A stretch of DNA of 64,000 nt from a virus (IMGVR_UViG_3300030380_006811:55076-119075), one strand, 5' to 3'; shown: positions 19,924 through 28,594, numbered from the stretch's first letter. Notes: generated from the letters alone by a model not told the origin. Made by a program: numbers and translations.

Positions 19924-20442
19924 ATGAGAACTTTTATATTATTATTTGTATTATTAATCCCTTCTCCTAAACCAATACCCGTTATAGAGGAAAAAATTAT
20001 AGTTGAGGAAAAAGTGGAGGAAATTAGGGGAATGAATGAATTTTTGTACGCTATGGGGCATCAAGAATCAGGTAATAGATACTTTGTTGTTAATAGATTT
20101 GGATACATGGGTAAATATCAATTTGGTAAATCAACATTAAGAACATTAAAAATTAAAGTAACTAAAGAGGCATTCTTAAATAGTCCTGATTTGCAGGAAT
20201 ATGCTATGCAACAAAATTTATTATATAATAAAAAGAAATTACAAAAATATATAGATAGATTTGATGGGTGCCTTATTGATGGTATATTAGTAACGGAATC
20301 AGGTATATTAGCAGCAGCTCATTTAGGTGGACCTGGTAGTGTTAAAAAATGGTTCAGATCAGGAAAAATAGCTAAAGATGGCAATGGAGTAAAAATAACT
20401 AATTATATGAGGCGATTTTCTGGTTATGATTTATATTTATAA
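19924..20442 (+). CDS. Lysozyme-fold/lytic transglycosylase-like protein with N-terminal hydrophobic segment
   Basis: QESGNRY (catalytic ES), GYMGKYQF, AAAHLGG. Confidence 0.7.
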   Translation: MRTFILLFVLLIPSPKPIPVIEEKIIVEEKVEEIRGMNEFLYAMGHQESGNRYFVVNRFGYMGKYQFGKSTLRTLKIKVTKEAFLNSPDLQEYAMQQNLLYNKKKLQKYIDRFDGCLIDGILVTESGILAAAHLGGPGSVKKWFRSGKIAKDGNGVKITNYMRRFSGYDLYL

Positions 20443-20453
20443 TCAAAAAGATT

Positions 20454-20588
20454 ATGGCAAGAATAGTTTTAAATGATTACACTCCCTCAAAAAGAAAAAA
20501 AAGACCTGGTGTACATGCAAAAAGTAAATCTAGTAAATTAAAAAATAGTAAAAATTATGTCAAAGCTTATAGAGGCCAAGGGAAATAG
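20454..20588 (+). CDS. Small highly basic protein, 44 aa, ending KAYRGQGK
   Basis: MARIVLNDYTPSKRKKRPGVHAKSKSSKLKNSKNYVKAYRGQGK; preceded by ATATTTATAA at 20433. Confidence 0.7.
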   Translation: MARIVLNDYTPSKRKKRPGVHAKSKSSKLKNSKNYVKAYRGQGK

Positions 20589-20589
20589 A

Positions 20590-20742
20590 ATGGAATTAAG
20601 TACAATAGCATTATTTAATCATATGACAGATGAAGATTTTTTAGCAATACATAATGCTGGTCAATTAGAAAATCTATGCCAAGCCCTTAGTTTGGATTTA
20701 CAACCTAAAGACTATGAAAAAAATTACACTTACACAGCATGA
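20590..20742 (+). CDS. Hypothetical protein
   Basis: MELSTIALFNHM...; ATG directly after previous stop. Confidence 0.6.
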   Translation: MELSTIALFNHMTDEDFLAIHNAGQLENLCQALSLDLQPKDYEKNYTYTA

Positions 20743-20908
20743 ATGGTATGATGCCATGAAACTTCCTACACCTCATAGGAATAAGAAAAAATACTATAGA
20801 AAAGAAAAACATAAGAAACGTGGGAGCCAATTTGGTTCCCACAATTATTTTTCGTATATTTACAGAGTAAAATTAAGGTTATGGCTCTTTGGGAATTCAA
20901 AAATTTAA
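20714..20908 (+). CDS. Small basic protein with ArfA-like YxRKxKH motif
   Basis: HRNKKKYYRKEKHK; hairpin inside the ORF. Confidence 0.5.
   Translation: MKKITLTQHEWYDAMKLPTPHRNKKKYYRKEKHKKRGSQFGSHNYFSYIYRVKLRLWLFGNSKI
20820..20842 (+). terminator. Hairpin (terminator or processing site) overlapping the next promoter
   Basis: GTGGGAGCCA-ATT-TGGTTCCCAC, 10-bp stem; weak T tract follows. Confidence 0.6.
20831..20862 (+). promoter_or_regulatory. Host-type promoter
   Basis: TTTG-N18-CGTATATTTA. Confidence 0.8.
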
Positions 20909-21318
20909 ATAAGCACGGAAATTATAGAACTAGGGTAGTACACACTAATGGTGCTTTAAGTATACCTGGAAGTGGTTTTGGTCCTTCTGTATTTGCTAGA
21001 AGATTTAAATATAAATACGAACACCCAGTTATGCCTCCTACAATATTTAAAAATAATGGTAAAACATATTTAATGCCATTATGGAAAGAAGTTATTGAAG
21101 GTACTACTGTTGAAGATATAGAATGGATTAAACCCAAACCTAAAAGATTAGATCCAATAATTGAAATGAATGTTAGCGGTAGCAACCCAGATATTAAATA
21201 TAAAACATCATATTATCCTGGCTCAAATAATTACTATTGTAATTGTCCTGGTAAGTGGATGGCTAAGGATGGTAAATGTAAGCATATAAAAGCATTAGAA
21301 GCAAAAATAAATAAATAA
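20881..21318 (+). CDS. SWIM zinc-finger protein
   Basis: YYCNCP...CKHI. Confidence 0.75.
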   Translation: MALWEFKNLNKHGNYRTRVVHTNGALSIPGSGFGPSVFARRFKYKYEHPVMPPTIFKNNGKTYLMPLWKEVIEGTTVEDIEWIKPKPKRLDPIIEMNVSGSNPDIKYKTSYYPGSNNYYCNCPGKWMAKDGKCKHIKALEAKINK

Positions 21319-21323
21319 AGGTT

Positions 21324-22589
21324 ATGAAAGAACTACACACATTTATAGAAGAAATGAGAGCTACAAGTAGTAGCACTGATAAAGTACAAATAATTAAGGA
21401 AGCAAGTCCATTTGTACATAAAGCATTAGAGTATACTTATAATCCGTTTAAGCAATTCTATGTTACAAGTAAAACCTGTAAGAAAAACCCACATTTATTT
21501 GGGGGTGATGCCATTGATTGTTTTGAGATATTAGATAAATTAATGAATAGGGAAGTTACTGGGCATGATGCTATTAAATTAGTTAACACTTATGCTAACC
21601 TAAAAGGTTATAAAGATTTAATTTATAAAATTATAGATAAAAATTTAGATATTAGAGCTGGGGATAAAGTTATTAATAAAGCAATTCCCAATTTAATACC
21701 AACATTTTCAGTTGCATTAGCTAAAGAATATGATGGTAAATGTGATTGGCAAAATGATACTTGGTGGGCATCAAGAAAATTAGATGGTGTTAGATGTTTG
21801 GCAGTAGTTAATTATGAAGGTGAATGTACACTTTATTCTAGAATGGGTAAAGAATTAACTACACTAAATAAGGTTAAAGAAGCGATTGAAGCAACAGGTA
21901 TTATTAATACTGTATTTGATGGTGAAATTTGTTTAATTGATGAAAATGGAAATGAAGATTTTCAAGGTGTAATGAAACAATTAAGACGTAAAGATCACCA
22001 AATTGAAAATCCTGCTTATATGATATTTGATATGATTCATAAACCTAATTTTGATAACCAAAAAGGAGGTCCTATATTAAGTGAAAGATTAGCAGCATTA
22101 AGAGGATTTTTAACAGGTAGATATATTACAACTAATATTTTACGTTATACAGATCAATTCCAAATAACAGATGGTAGACACTTTGATAAATGGGGTCAAA
22201 TAGCAACTGATAATAATTGGGAAGGATTTATGATACGTAAAGATGTTAGTTATGAAGGTAAACGTACTAAAAATTTGCTTAAAGTAAAGAAATTTTATGA
22301 TGCTGAATATGAAGTAATTGATTTTGATATTGATGATCACGAAGTAGTTAGAGATGGTAAATCTGAAACACTTAAAATGTTATCTCAAGTATGGATTGAA
22401 CATAAGGGGCATAAAGTAAAAGTTGGTAGTGGTTGGACCCAAGATCAACGTTTACAGTATATGGATGGTTCAATTGTAGGTAAAGTAATTACTGTTCAAT
22501 ATTTTGAAGAAACTAAAAATGATAAAGGTGGAATTAGTTTAAGATTCCCAACTGTAAAAATAGTACATGGAGATAAGAGAGAAGTGTAG
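21324..22589 (+). CDS. ATP-dependent DNA ligase
   Basis: RKLDGVR (KxDG), FDGEI, IFD, EGFMIR, LLKVK, VGSG, SLRFP. Confidence 0.95.
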   Translation: MKELHTFIEEMRATSSSTDKVQIIKEASPFVHKALEYTYNPFKQFYVTSKTCKKNPHLFGGDAIDCFEILDKLMNREVTGHDAIKLVNTYANLKGYKDLIYKIIDKNLDIRAGDKVINKAIPNLIPTFSVALAKEYDGKCDWQNDTWWASRKLDGVRCLAVVNYEGECTLYSRMGKELTTLNKVKEAIEATGIINTVFDGEICLIDENGNEDFQGVMKQLRRKDHQIENPAYMIFDMIHKPNFDNQKGGPILSERLAALRGFLTGRYITTNILRYTDQFQITDGRHFDKWGQIATDNNWEGFMIRKDVSYEGKRTKNLLKVKKFYDAEYEVIDFDIDDHEVVRDGKSETLKMLSQVWIEHKGHKVKVGSGWTQDQRLQYMDGSIVGKVITVQYFEETKNDKGGISLRFPTVKIVHGDKREV

Positions 22590-22950
22590 AGTAACTTGGT
22601 GTAATAATCCTAGAAAAATACGTTCTACAGTTTGTGAGTTACATTCACAGTATAAACACATTTGTGGTGCTGCTATTAGATTAGATAGACCTCATTTAAT
22701 GTATAAAGTAGAAAAATGGCTAAAAGGAGAACATCAATGTGAAAGTTGTGGTTTTGATCCTGTAGAAGCTTATCCTACATTACATACTAAAGCACAATCA
22801 TCAATGTTAGATGTTGATCATATTGATTCAAATATTAAACGCACATTAGAAGGTGAACAACCAAGTAATTATCAATTAAATTGTAAACACTGTCATATAG
22901 TTAAATCCCATTTAGAAGGAGATTATGTGGCTAAAAAATATAGAAAATAA
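22567..22950 (+). CDS. HNH endonuclease
   Basis: CESC...DVDHID...NYQLNCKHCH. Confidence 0.8.
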   Translation: MEIREKCRVTWCNNPRKIRSTVCELHSQYKHICGAAIRLDRPHLMYKVEKWLKGEHQCESCGFDPVEAYPTLHTKAQSSMLDVDHIDSNIKRTLEGEQPSNYQLNCKHCHIVKSHLEGDYVAKKYRK

Positions 22951-23333
22951 TGGCAGAAAATAGAGGTAGACCAAGTGAAAATGTAGTTAAACTTACAAAA
23001 TGGAATCTAGATACAGATGATTCTATATGGAAATATGATATGGATAAATCAACTAATGGTCCTTACTTAGTAGAACAAAAATTCCAAGCTGGTAATAAAC
23101 AAGGAAAATTTAAAGTTGATCAAAAACCTTATGGGAAACATCCGGTTGTAATGGTATTTAAAACATCAAACCGTTCAAATGCTAAAACTAAAATTAAAGT
23201 ATTTAATAAAAATATTGATTATATCATTAGCGCTAAAAAGCTACCTGGTGTACCTGAAAAGGCGGAAATAATTGATTTAGCTGTTGGTAAATCATTTATC
23301 AGTAAATATAAACAAAAATATAATTTAACTTAA
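22950..23333 (+). CDS. Hypothetical protein
   Basis: 127 aa ORF, translationally coupled. Confidence 0.7.
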   Translation: MAENRGRPSENVVKLTKWNLDTDDSIWKYDMDKSTNGPYLVEQKFQAGNKQGKFKVDQKPYGKHPVVMVFKTSNRSNAKTKIKVFNKNIDYIISAKKLPGVPEKAEIIDLAVGKSFISKYKQKYNLT

Positions 23334-23340
23334 CTTTTAT

Positions 23341-23350
23341 ATATTTATAA
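23341..23350 (+). promoter_or_regulatory. Putative late promoter
   Basis: ATATTTATAA shortly upstream of ATG. Confidence 0.7.
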
Positions 23351-23375
23351 CAAAATATTAATTAATAAATTTATT

Positions 23376-23654
23376 ATGTTAAAAATTATAGGTCTTATAG
23401 TAGTAGTTTTAGTAATAGGAGCAGCCGTTTATTATTTCGGTTTCTATAAAAGAGGCAAAATTAATGATAGAGATGGAGATTTAATACCTGATGAGGTTGA
23501 AGATGCAGTTGAAGAAGCTAAAAAGAGAGTACAATCAGTAAAAGTAGAAGCTAAACAGGTTGGAAAAGCAGTAAAAGCAGCATCTAAAGAAATCAAAGAT
23601 GTAGTTAAAGCAGCTAAAGGAAAAAAAAGAAGAGGTAGAAAACCTAAAAAATAA
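23376..23654 (+). CDS. Membrane-anchored protein with DxDxD motif and basic tail
   Basis: N-terminal TM helix, DRDGDLIPD, K/R-rich C-terminus; late-type motif upstream. Confidence 0.7.
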   Translation: MLKIIGLIVVVLVIGAAVYYFGFYKRGKINDRDGDLIPDEVEDAVEEAKKRVQSVKVEAKQVGKAVKAASKEIKDVVKAAKGKKRRGRKPKK

Positions 23655-23657
23655 AAT

Positions 23658-24740
23658 ATGAGTAAATATAACTTATCAGAATTACTTACTGAAGTAGCAG
23701 GAGGTAGAATTGGAACATTAGAAATTTCGGCTAGAGATTTAGTTCGTAAAATGGAAGATCTTGAAGATAAAGGTGTTCGAGTAGAACGTTTTGATGGTCT
23801 TTCTCCTGATGGTAAAACATATATTGAATTCCATGTTCACCCAATAAGAAAATATGATGAAGATTATTCATTTTCAGTTTACGACTTTAAATTTGGATTT
23901 GATCCTATGAGCCCAGAACATTCTGATCAAGAATACCCATTTAGTGTAGGTGGTAGATCATCAGCACGTGATAGTGCAGAAACAACACTTAGAGGAGGAG
24001 ATATGGGGTTTGAGCTTAAAGAAGCTAAAGAAGAACCTAGAGATGGAGTTAAAAGTGCTGCAGCTAAACTAGGAATGAAACCAAGTCATGTAAAAGAAAA
24101 CATGTCTAAAAAAGATACATTAAAGAAAGAAATGATGATTCATGTTGACCAATTAATAGATGGTAACATAGACATGAACGACTTTATGAATGTAGTAGAA
24201 GATATAATGGATGAATTAAATCCAGGGGATGATTTCGAACAAGAAGAATTTACAGCTATCCCTGAAGAAGATTCAATGAAAGAAGATTTAGATGATTTGA
24301 ATGATGACGAATATGATGATGGTCCTGATGGTAAATTTGTTAACGAACTAGATAATACTTTAAATGTTGATAAAGTTGCCTCACCAGATGCTAAAGCACA
24401 TGATTACGGAGCTGAAATTAAAGGTATATCTGATGAAGATGATACTGAAGAAAAGTATGCTCATGGGATGGTATTACCATTAGAAGAAGATTCAATTGAT
24501 GAAGCAGATAATATGGAAGTTGTTGCGTTATTAAATAATATAAGAAAGCATTTAAATGATAAATTTGATCGCAAATATAGTAAATCAGAAATCGATTTAT
24601 ACATGGATTCTTTAAAAAGAGATATTGAACGTGGTGAATTTGATGGTGTTGAATCTATTTCAATGGAAGACCATGAAGAGGATTTTGAAAATTACATTGC
24701 TGATAAATCATTACAAGAACATTTTAAAAGATTTTTATAA
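23658..24740 (+). CDS. Highly acidic protein, possible internal head protein
   Basis: D/E-rich; repeated LTE/LKE/LEE/LQE motifs like T4 gp21 cleavage sites; late-type motif upstream. Confidence 0.55.
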   Translation: MSKYNLSELLTEVAGGRIGTLEISARDLVRKMEDLEDKGVRVERFDGLSPDGKTYIEFHVHPIRKYDEDYSFSVYDFKFGFDPMSPEHSDQEYPFSVGGRSSARDSAETTLRGGDMGFELKEAKEEPRDGVKSAAAKLGMKPSHVKENMSKKDTLKKEMMIHVDQLIDGNIDMNDFMNVVEDIMDELNPGDDFEQEEFTAIPEEDSMKEDLDDLNDDEYDDGPDGKFVNELDNTLNVDKVASPDAKAHDYGAEIKGISDEDDTEEKYAHGMVLPLEEDSIDEADNMEVVALLNNIRKHLNDKFDRKYSKSEIDLYMDSLKRDIERGEFDGVESISMEDHEEDFENYIADKSLQEHFKRFL

Positions 24741-24753
24741 TAAAATCTATTTT

Positions 24754-25016
24754 GCCCGCTTTTCCGGGCCTGTAAAGTGGGCGTTATGCGGAGATTATTG
24801 CACGCCCTTGAAAAATGCTAGATTAAAACTCTTCACCCATATTTATGGTTGATTTGTTTTTTTCAAACATTTTTCAAAAGGTTACTTGCTGTCAGTTAGG
24901 CTGAGTCCGTGTTTAATTGGCATGGGACCTTGAGTAACCCCAGTGTTGACAGCGCTTAGGACGCCTACAAATACAGGCCCTCAAATACAGAAAGGAACCT
25001 CACGGTTCCTTTTCTG
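24754..25016 (+). ncRNA. Candidate structured non-coding RNA (multi-stem, pseudoknotted)
   Basis: GC-rich island with closing stem 24766-74/24972-80, several internal helices, G-U pairs favouring + strand, terminator at the end. Confidence 0.6.
24988..25016 (+). terminator. Intrinsic terminator
   Basis: CAGAAAGGAACC-TCAC-GGTTCCTTTTCTG. Confidence 0.8.
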
Positions 25017-25076
25017 ATTCTAAAATTTGTATTTTTATTAGTTGTATATATTTATTATTGTATTTACCCAAATCTT

Positions 25077-25421
25077 ATGAAAATAGATATAATTGGTTTT
25101 AGATTACCAACGGCTACCCCTGATCCTACAAGACATCCTTCTTGTGGTTGGGTTGCTATCTGTAATGATAAAGAAATTGGTTGGTGTAATATGACCTTCT
25201 TACCTAATAATGTATTAAAACTTGAAGATGCATTTATACATCCAGACTATAGAGGTAAAGGAATATATAAACAATTATGGAATAAACGTTATGATTATAT
25301 TCAGGAGCACTTTAGTAATTACAAATTAATAGCTTACTGTAAACCAACTACACTAGAATTTTATAAAAAACAGGGGTTTATTGTAAAAGAAACTATAACT
25401 CTTGTTGAGAAGCCCGCGTAA
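25077..25421 (+). CDS. GNAT-family acetyltransferase
   Basis: FIHPDYRGKGIY, FYKKQGF. Confidence 0.85.
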   Translation: MKIDIIGFRLPTATPDPTRHPSCGWVAICNDKEIGWCNMTFLPNNVLKLEDAFIHPDYRGKGIYKQLWNKRYDYIQEHFSNYKLIAYCKPTTLEFYKKQGFIVKETITLVEKPA

Positions 25422-25424
25422 AAA

Positions 25425-25456
25425 TGTGGTTACCTGAATAAGGATTCGTATATTTA
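25425..25456 (+). promoter_or_regulatory. Host-type promoter
   Basis: TGTG-N18-CGTATATTTA. Confidence 0.75.
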
Positions 25457-25494
25457 CCATGTTGATAATTAAGTCAACGCATTAAATAAAGGTT

Positions 25495-26298
25495 ATGTCA
25501 AATATAGTAAAAATAAAAAGAGGTCGTCCAAGTAAAAAAGTTGGTAAAATTGTAAAAAGATTTAAGCCAACTACTATGAAAATGGATGATTTTAAATTCG
25601 ATCCCCAATTATTCATTCCTATGAAAACAGGTACTAAAATTGATAATTTACTTTCAAGTGAAGGTGGAATGATGAAAGGTACTAATGTTGCATTTGTAGG
25701 AGATCCTGGTGTTGGTAAAACTACGGTTTTATTAGATATGCTTGCTAATATGCAGAATAATGGTAATAAAGTATTATTTATATCAGGTGAGATGACTCAG
25801 ATTGATATGGTAGGAATGGTTAAAAGATTTCCTAAATTTGGTCAATTACCTATTTTATTTATGGGTGATTTTATTGAAAATGATCCACTTGTTATTTTGA
25901 AATCTATTCTTCATGAAGGATGGGATTCAGTTCTTGTAGATTCATTTGCTGAGCTTGCAGTTGCTGTTCAAGATTTTCATGGTGGTACTATGAAAAACGC
26001 TGAAACTCAATTACTAAATTTATTTGAAAAACATAATAAAGCTGAAAATCAAAGTGGTAAAAATACTAACTTTATGATCATTCAGCAGGTTACTAAAGGT
26101 GGTGAGTTTGCTGGTAGTAACCGATTTAAACACATGATTACCGCAATGGCTCATATTAAATTTCAACCTGAAGGTGGTAGAGCTATTTGGTTTAGTAAAA
26201 ACCGAAGAGGTGGTGAAATGAATAAATTATTCTTTAGTTTAGATGCTAGAAATCACGTAGGATGGTTATTCACCCAGCCATTAAATTTAATGGGATAA
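25495..26298 (+). CDS. RecA-superfamily ATPase, RadA/Sms-like core
   Basis: GDPGVGKT, LFISGE, VLVDS, QVTKGGEFAG, KNRRG (KNRFG-like). Confidence 0.8.
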   Translation: MSNIVKIKRGRPSKKVGKIVKRFKPTTMKMDDFKFDPQLFIPMKTGTKIDNLLSSEGGMMKGTNVAFVGDPGVGKTTVLLDMLANMQNNGNKVLFISGEMTQIDMVGMVKRFPKFGQLPILFMGDFIENDPLVILKSILHEGWDSVLVDSFAELAVAVQDFHGGTMKNAETQLLNLFEKHNKAENQSGKNTNFMIIQQVTKGGEFAGSNRFKHMITAMAHIKFQPEGGRAIWFSKNRRGGEMNKLFFSLDARNHVGWLFTQPLNLMG

Positions 26299-26299
26299 A

Positions 26300-26331
26300 T
26301 TTGGATATTTAAAAAAAAATTCGTATATTCA
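26300..26331 (+). promoter_or_regulatory. Host-type promoter
   Basis: TTTG-N18-CGTATATTCA. Confidence 0.8.
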
Positions 26332-26349
26332 CAGTATAAAATTAAGGTT

Positions 26350-26496
26350 ATGAACGAACAATTTATTAAAGCAATTACAATTGCAGTAGACAAAAAAATG
26401 ATTACTATGTCTCAAGGGTTTGAAATTATTAGAGAACAAAGTGAGGAGCGTAGTAAAGTTGTTAACGAAACTATAGGTTTCAATCAAAAAAGATAG
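26350..26496 (+). CDS. Hypothetical protein, 48 aa
   Basis: Follows promoter and TAAGGTTATG start motif. Confidence 0.65.
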   Translation: MNEQFIKAITIAVDKKMITMSQGFEIIREQSEERSKVVNETIGFNQKR

Positions 26497-26498
26497 TT

Positions 26499-26726
26499 AT
26501 GATAGTAGAAACTATAGAAGATGGATGGGATTGCGAACCAAAACTAAATCTCGCAGTTGAAGCAATTGAAAAGTGTGATCACTTTAAATATGAAATTAAA
26601 AATTGTGTACGTGAATCTGAATTAGATTATATGGTATATGAAATGATTGATTTTCTTAAAGAAGCAATTGACGAATTAAAGTCAATTGACACTAATCAAG
26701 AATTTAAAACAGTAGAAGATGAATAA
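26499..26726 (+). CDS. Hypothetical protein
   Basis: ORF in dense early cluster. Confidence 0.65.
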   Translation: MIVETIEDGWDCEPKLNLAVEAIEKCDHFKYEIKNCVRESELDYMVYEMIDFLKEAIDELKSIDTNQEFKTVEDE

Positions 26727-27009
26727 AACATTTAATGATTTAAAATTTAAAGTACACCCTGTTACTAAAAAAGGGATACATGCATCACTTGAGCTGAAAC
26801 CTAATGTGTTTATCTCAGTTGTAGCTGGTGAAGGTTTTTATAGTGGTGGTAAAAATGGAGTTAGAGGTCCAGTTACTAAATTGGAAGAAGCTACTACATT
26901 TGAAGTTGCTATTATAGATGAAAATTTACCTGATGATCAGCAAGAATGGGATGTTTTAGGATGGCAATCAAGAGATGATATTAATAAATTAATGATTGAT
27001 AATGGATAA
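26719..27009 (+). CDS. Hypothetical protein
   Basis: SVVAG...YS...FEVAI...DVLGW pattern of small phage proteins. Confidence 0.65.
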   Translation: MNKTFNDLKFKVHPVTKKGIHASLELKPNVFISVVAGEGFYSGGKNGVRGPVTKLEEATTFEVAIIDENLPDDQQEWDVLGWQSRDDINKLMIDNG

Positions 27010-27235
27010 TACTATGTTTTATACTAAAGATAAGCGTTATACTGTTGAATTAGACATGTTTATAACAGCAGATAATGATTATCATGCTAGAATGATAGCA
27101 CATAAAATAAAAAATGCCATTAAAGATGGTTATAATGTTGAGATTAGATCAATAAATGATACTCCATTTGCATCATTTAAAACTAGAAAATTAGATGATA
27201 TTTCGGAACCAACTAAAGAAAAAATACCGTTTTAA
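27002..27235 (+). CDS. Hypothetical protein
   Basis: ORF in dense early cluster. Confidence 0.6.
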   Translation: MDNTMFYTKDKRYTVELDMFITADNDYHARMIAHKIKNAIKDGYNVEIRSINDTPFASFKTRKLDDISEPTKEKIPF

Positions 27236-27236
27236 T

Positions 27237-27386
27237 ATGAAGTGTGTAGTTTGTGAAATAAAAATTAAAGATTATGGACATAATCCAGATCCATTAAATA
27301 ATGGTAAAGGTAGATGCTGTGATACTTGTAATGTTAAGTATGTTATCCCAGCTAGAATATATCAAATGAAAGAAGCTTATGATTAA
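27237..27386 (+). CDS. Small zinc-binding protein
   Basis: MKCVVC...GHNPDP...RCCDTCN...VIPAR. Confidence 0.7.
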   Translation: MKCVVCEIKIKDYGHNPDPLNNGKGRCCDTCNVKYVIPARIYQMKEAYD

Positions 27387-27525
27387 AGAAGGAGATTGGA
27401 TTATTGTTGATGATTATAGACGTAAAAAATGTTTTGGTGTGACAGAAAGAGGCAACTACCTCATCAAAATGTATAATAAATTAATGCAAGTGCCTCCAAA
27501 TAGAGTTAAGTTATGGCAAACATAG
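27379..27525 (+). CDS. Hypothetical protein, 48 aa
   Basis: MIKEGDWIIVDD...; fills gap. Confidence 0.55.
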   Translation: MIKEGDWIIVDDYRRKKCFGVTERGNYLIKMYNKLMQVPPNRVKLWQT

Positions 27526-27743
27526 AAAAACAAAATTTACATTATTGCTTGGATCAGGCAAAGGAATTTATTAAATTAGGGGAGCGAGATAAAGCTAGAG
27601 ACTATTGTGATATGGGAATAGCTTATGTTGCTGGAAAAAAATTAGATGGGGCAACAGGAGATGATTTAATTGAGGATGTTAGAATTAATCTTTGGTTAGA
27701 ACGCTTTTGGATGTTTTTAGAGAATAAAAACCTAATGTTATAA
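27513..27743 (+). CDS. Hypothetical protein
   Basis: ORF in dense cluster. Confidence 0.65.
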   Translation: MANIEKQNLHYCLDQAKEFIKLGERDKARDYCDMGIAYVAGKKLDGATGDDLIEDVRINLWLERFWMFLENKNLML

Positions 27744-27744
27744 T

Positions 27745-28050
27745 ATGTGTATGTCAGGAGCCCATTATACTGAAGAAAATTTAAATTGTTCTTATTCAGG
27801 TTTATCCTCTGTTATGAGTTATACTTTAGATATAGATAGAATAATTGAAATGGCTTGGGAAGATAGAACGCCATTTGATGCTATAGAATTTCAATTTGGT
27901 ATTAAGGAAAACCAAATAAGGAAAATAATGCGTGAAAATTTAAGTGAATCATCATTTAAGTTATGGCGTAAAAGAGTAAAAGGAAGAAAAACAAAACATA
28001 GTAAAACATCTGAATCAATCAGATTTAAAAGTAAAAATCAAAAATTATGA
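27745..28050 (+). CDS. TIGR03643/DUF2805-like protein
   Basis: DRIIEMAWEDRTPFDAI...SFKLWRKRV.GRKTKH. Confidence 0.8.
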   Translation: MCMSGAHYTEENLNCSYSGLSSVMSYTLDIDRIIEMAWEDRTPFDAIEFQFGIKENQIRKIMRENLSESSFKLWRKRVKGRKTKHSKTSESIRFKSKNQKL

Positions 28051-28280
28051 AACAAGTAATATTTTATTTAAAACTATACTACCCAGTAGTATTATCATTT
28101 ATTTCATTTCTATATTCAGTAGGGTTATGGTTTAGTGGTTATCAATTAGAAGGTATTTTTGTTGGTATTTGGGTACCATCCATTTTAGCATTTGCTATTT
28201 GTATTAGACAAAGAAGAAATGATTATTATAGAGCATTAGCTGCTAGTAAAAAATATAAAAAATATAAAAGAAAAAGATGA
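28047..28280 (+). CDS. Small membrane protein
   Basis: Two hydrophobic helices, GIFVGIWVPSIL. Confidence 0.7.
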   Translation: MKQVIFYLKLYYPVVLSFISFLYSVGLWFSGYQLEGIFVGIWVPSILAFAICIRQRRNDYYRALAASKKYKKYKRKR

Positions 28281-28594
28281 ATTTATTTATAATAACAACT
28301 AACATGAAAGTTATGTTTGCTGTAGGTTTTATTATATTTGTAGTTTACATTTATGCTTTGTTAAGAGCAATAAAATGGGGGCATGACTCACAACGTAAGG
28401 ATTTATTAAATGATCCTGAACTAAGAAATTATTATGGTAGACATGGCATGCCTGATGATATAGATTATGATGGTCATGGTAATTGGGGAAGGTTTCCTGA
28501 TAATCCTTATGAGAAAAAACCTAAACGAAAAAAAGGAAGTCAAAGCAGGATGAAAAGTTATTTTTGGCATGAAAAAAAAGAAGATTTAGAATAA
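28277..28594 (+). CDS. Membrane-anchored hypothetical protein
   Basis: N-terminal TM helix; DYDGHGNWGRFP. Confidence 0.65.
   Translation: MNLFIITTNMKVMFAVGFIIFVVYIYALLRAIKWGHDSQRKDLLNDPELRNYYGRHGMPDDIDYDGHGNWGRFPDNPYEKKPKRKKGSQSRMKSYFWHEKKEDLE

Noticed and set aside
24625-24852. 75-aa + strand ORF
   Set aside because: Overlaps the end of 23658..24740 out of frame and runs into the structured RNA candidate; no recognisable protein features
24754-25016. tRNA, tmRNA, RNase P or canonical HDV-like ribozyme identity for the structured RNA
   Set aside because: No T-loop or CCA end, no RNase P GAAAGTC core; the insert between the first two crossing helices is too long and the linker after them too short for the HDV fold
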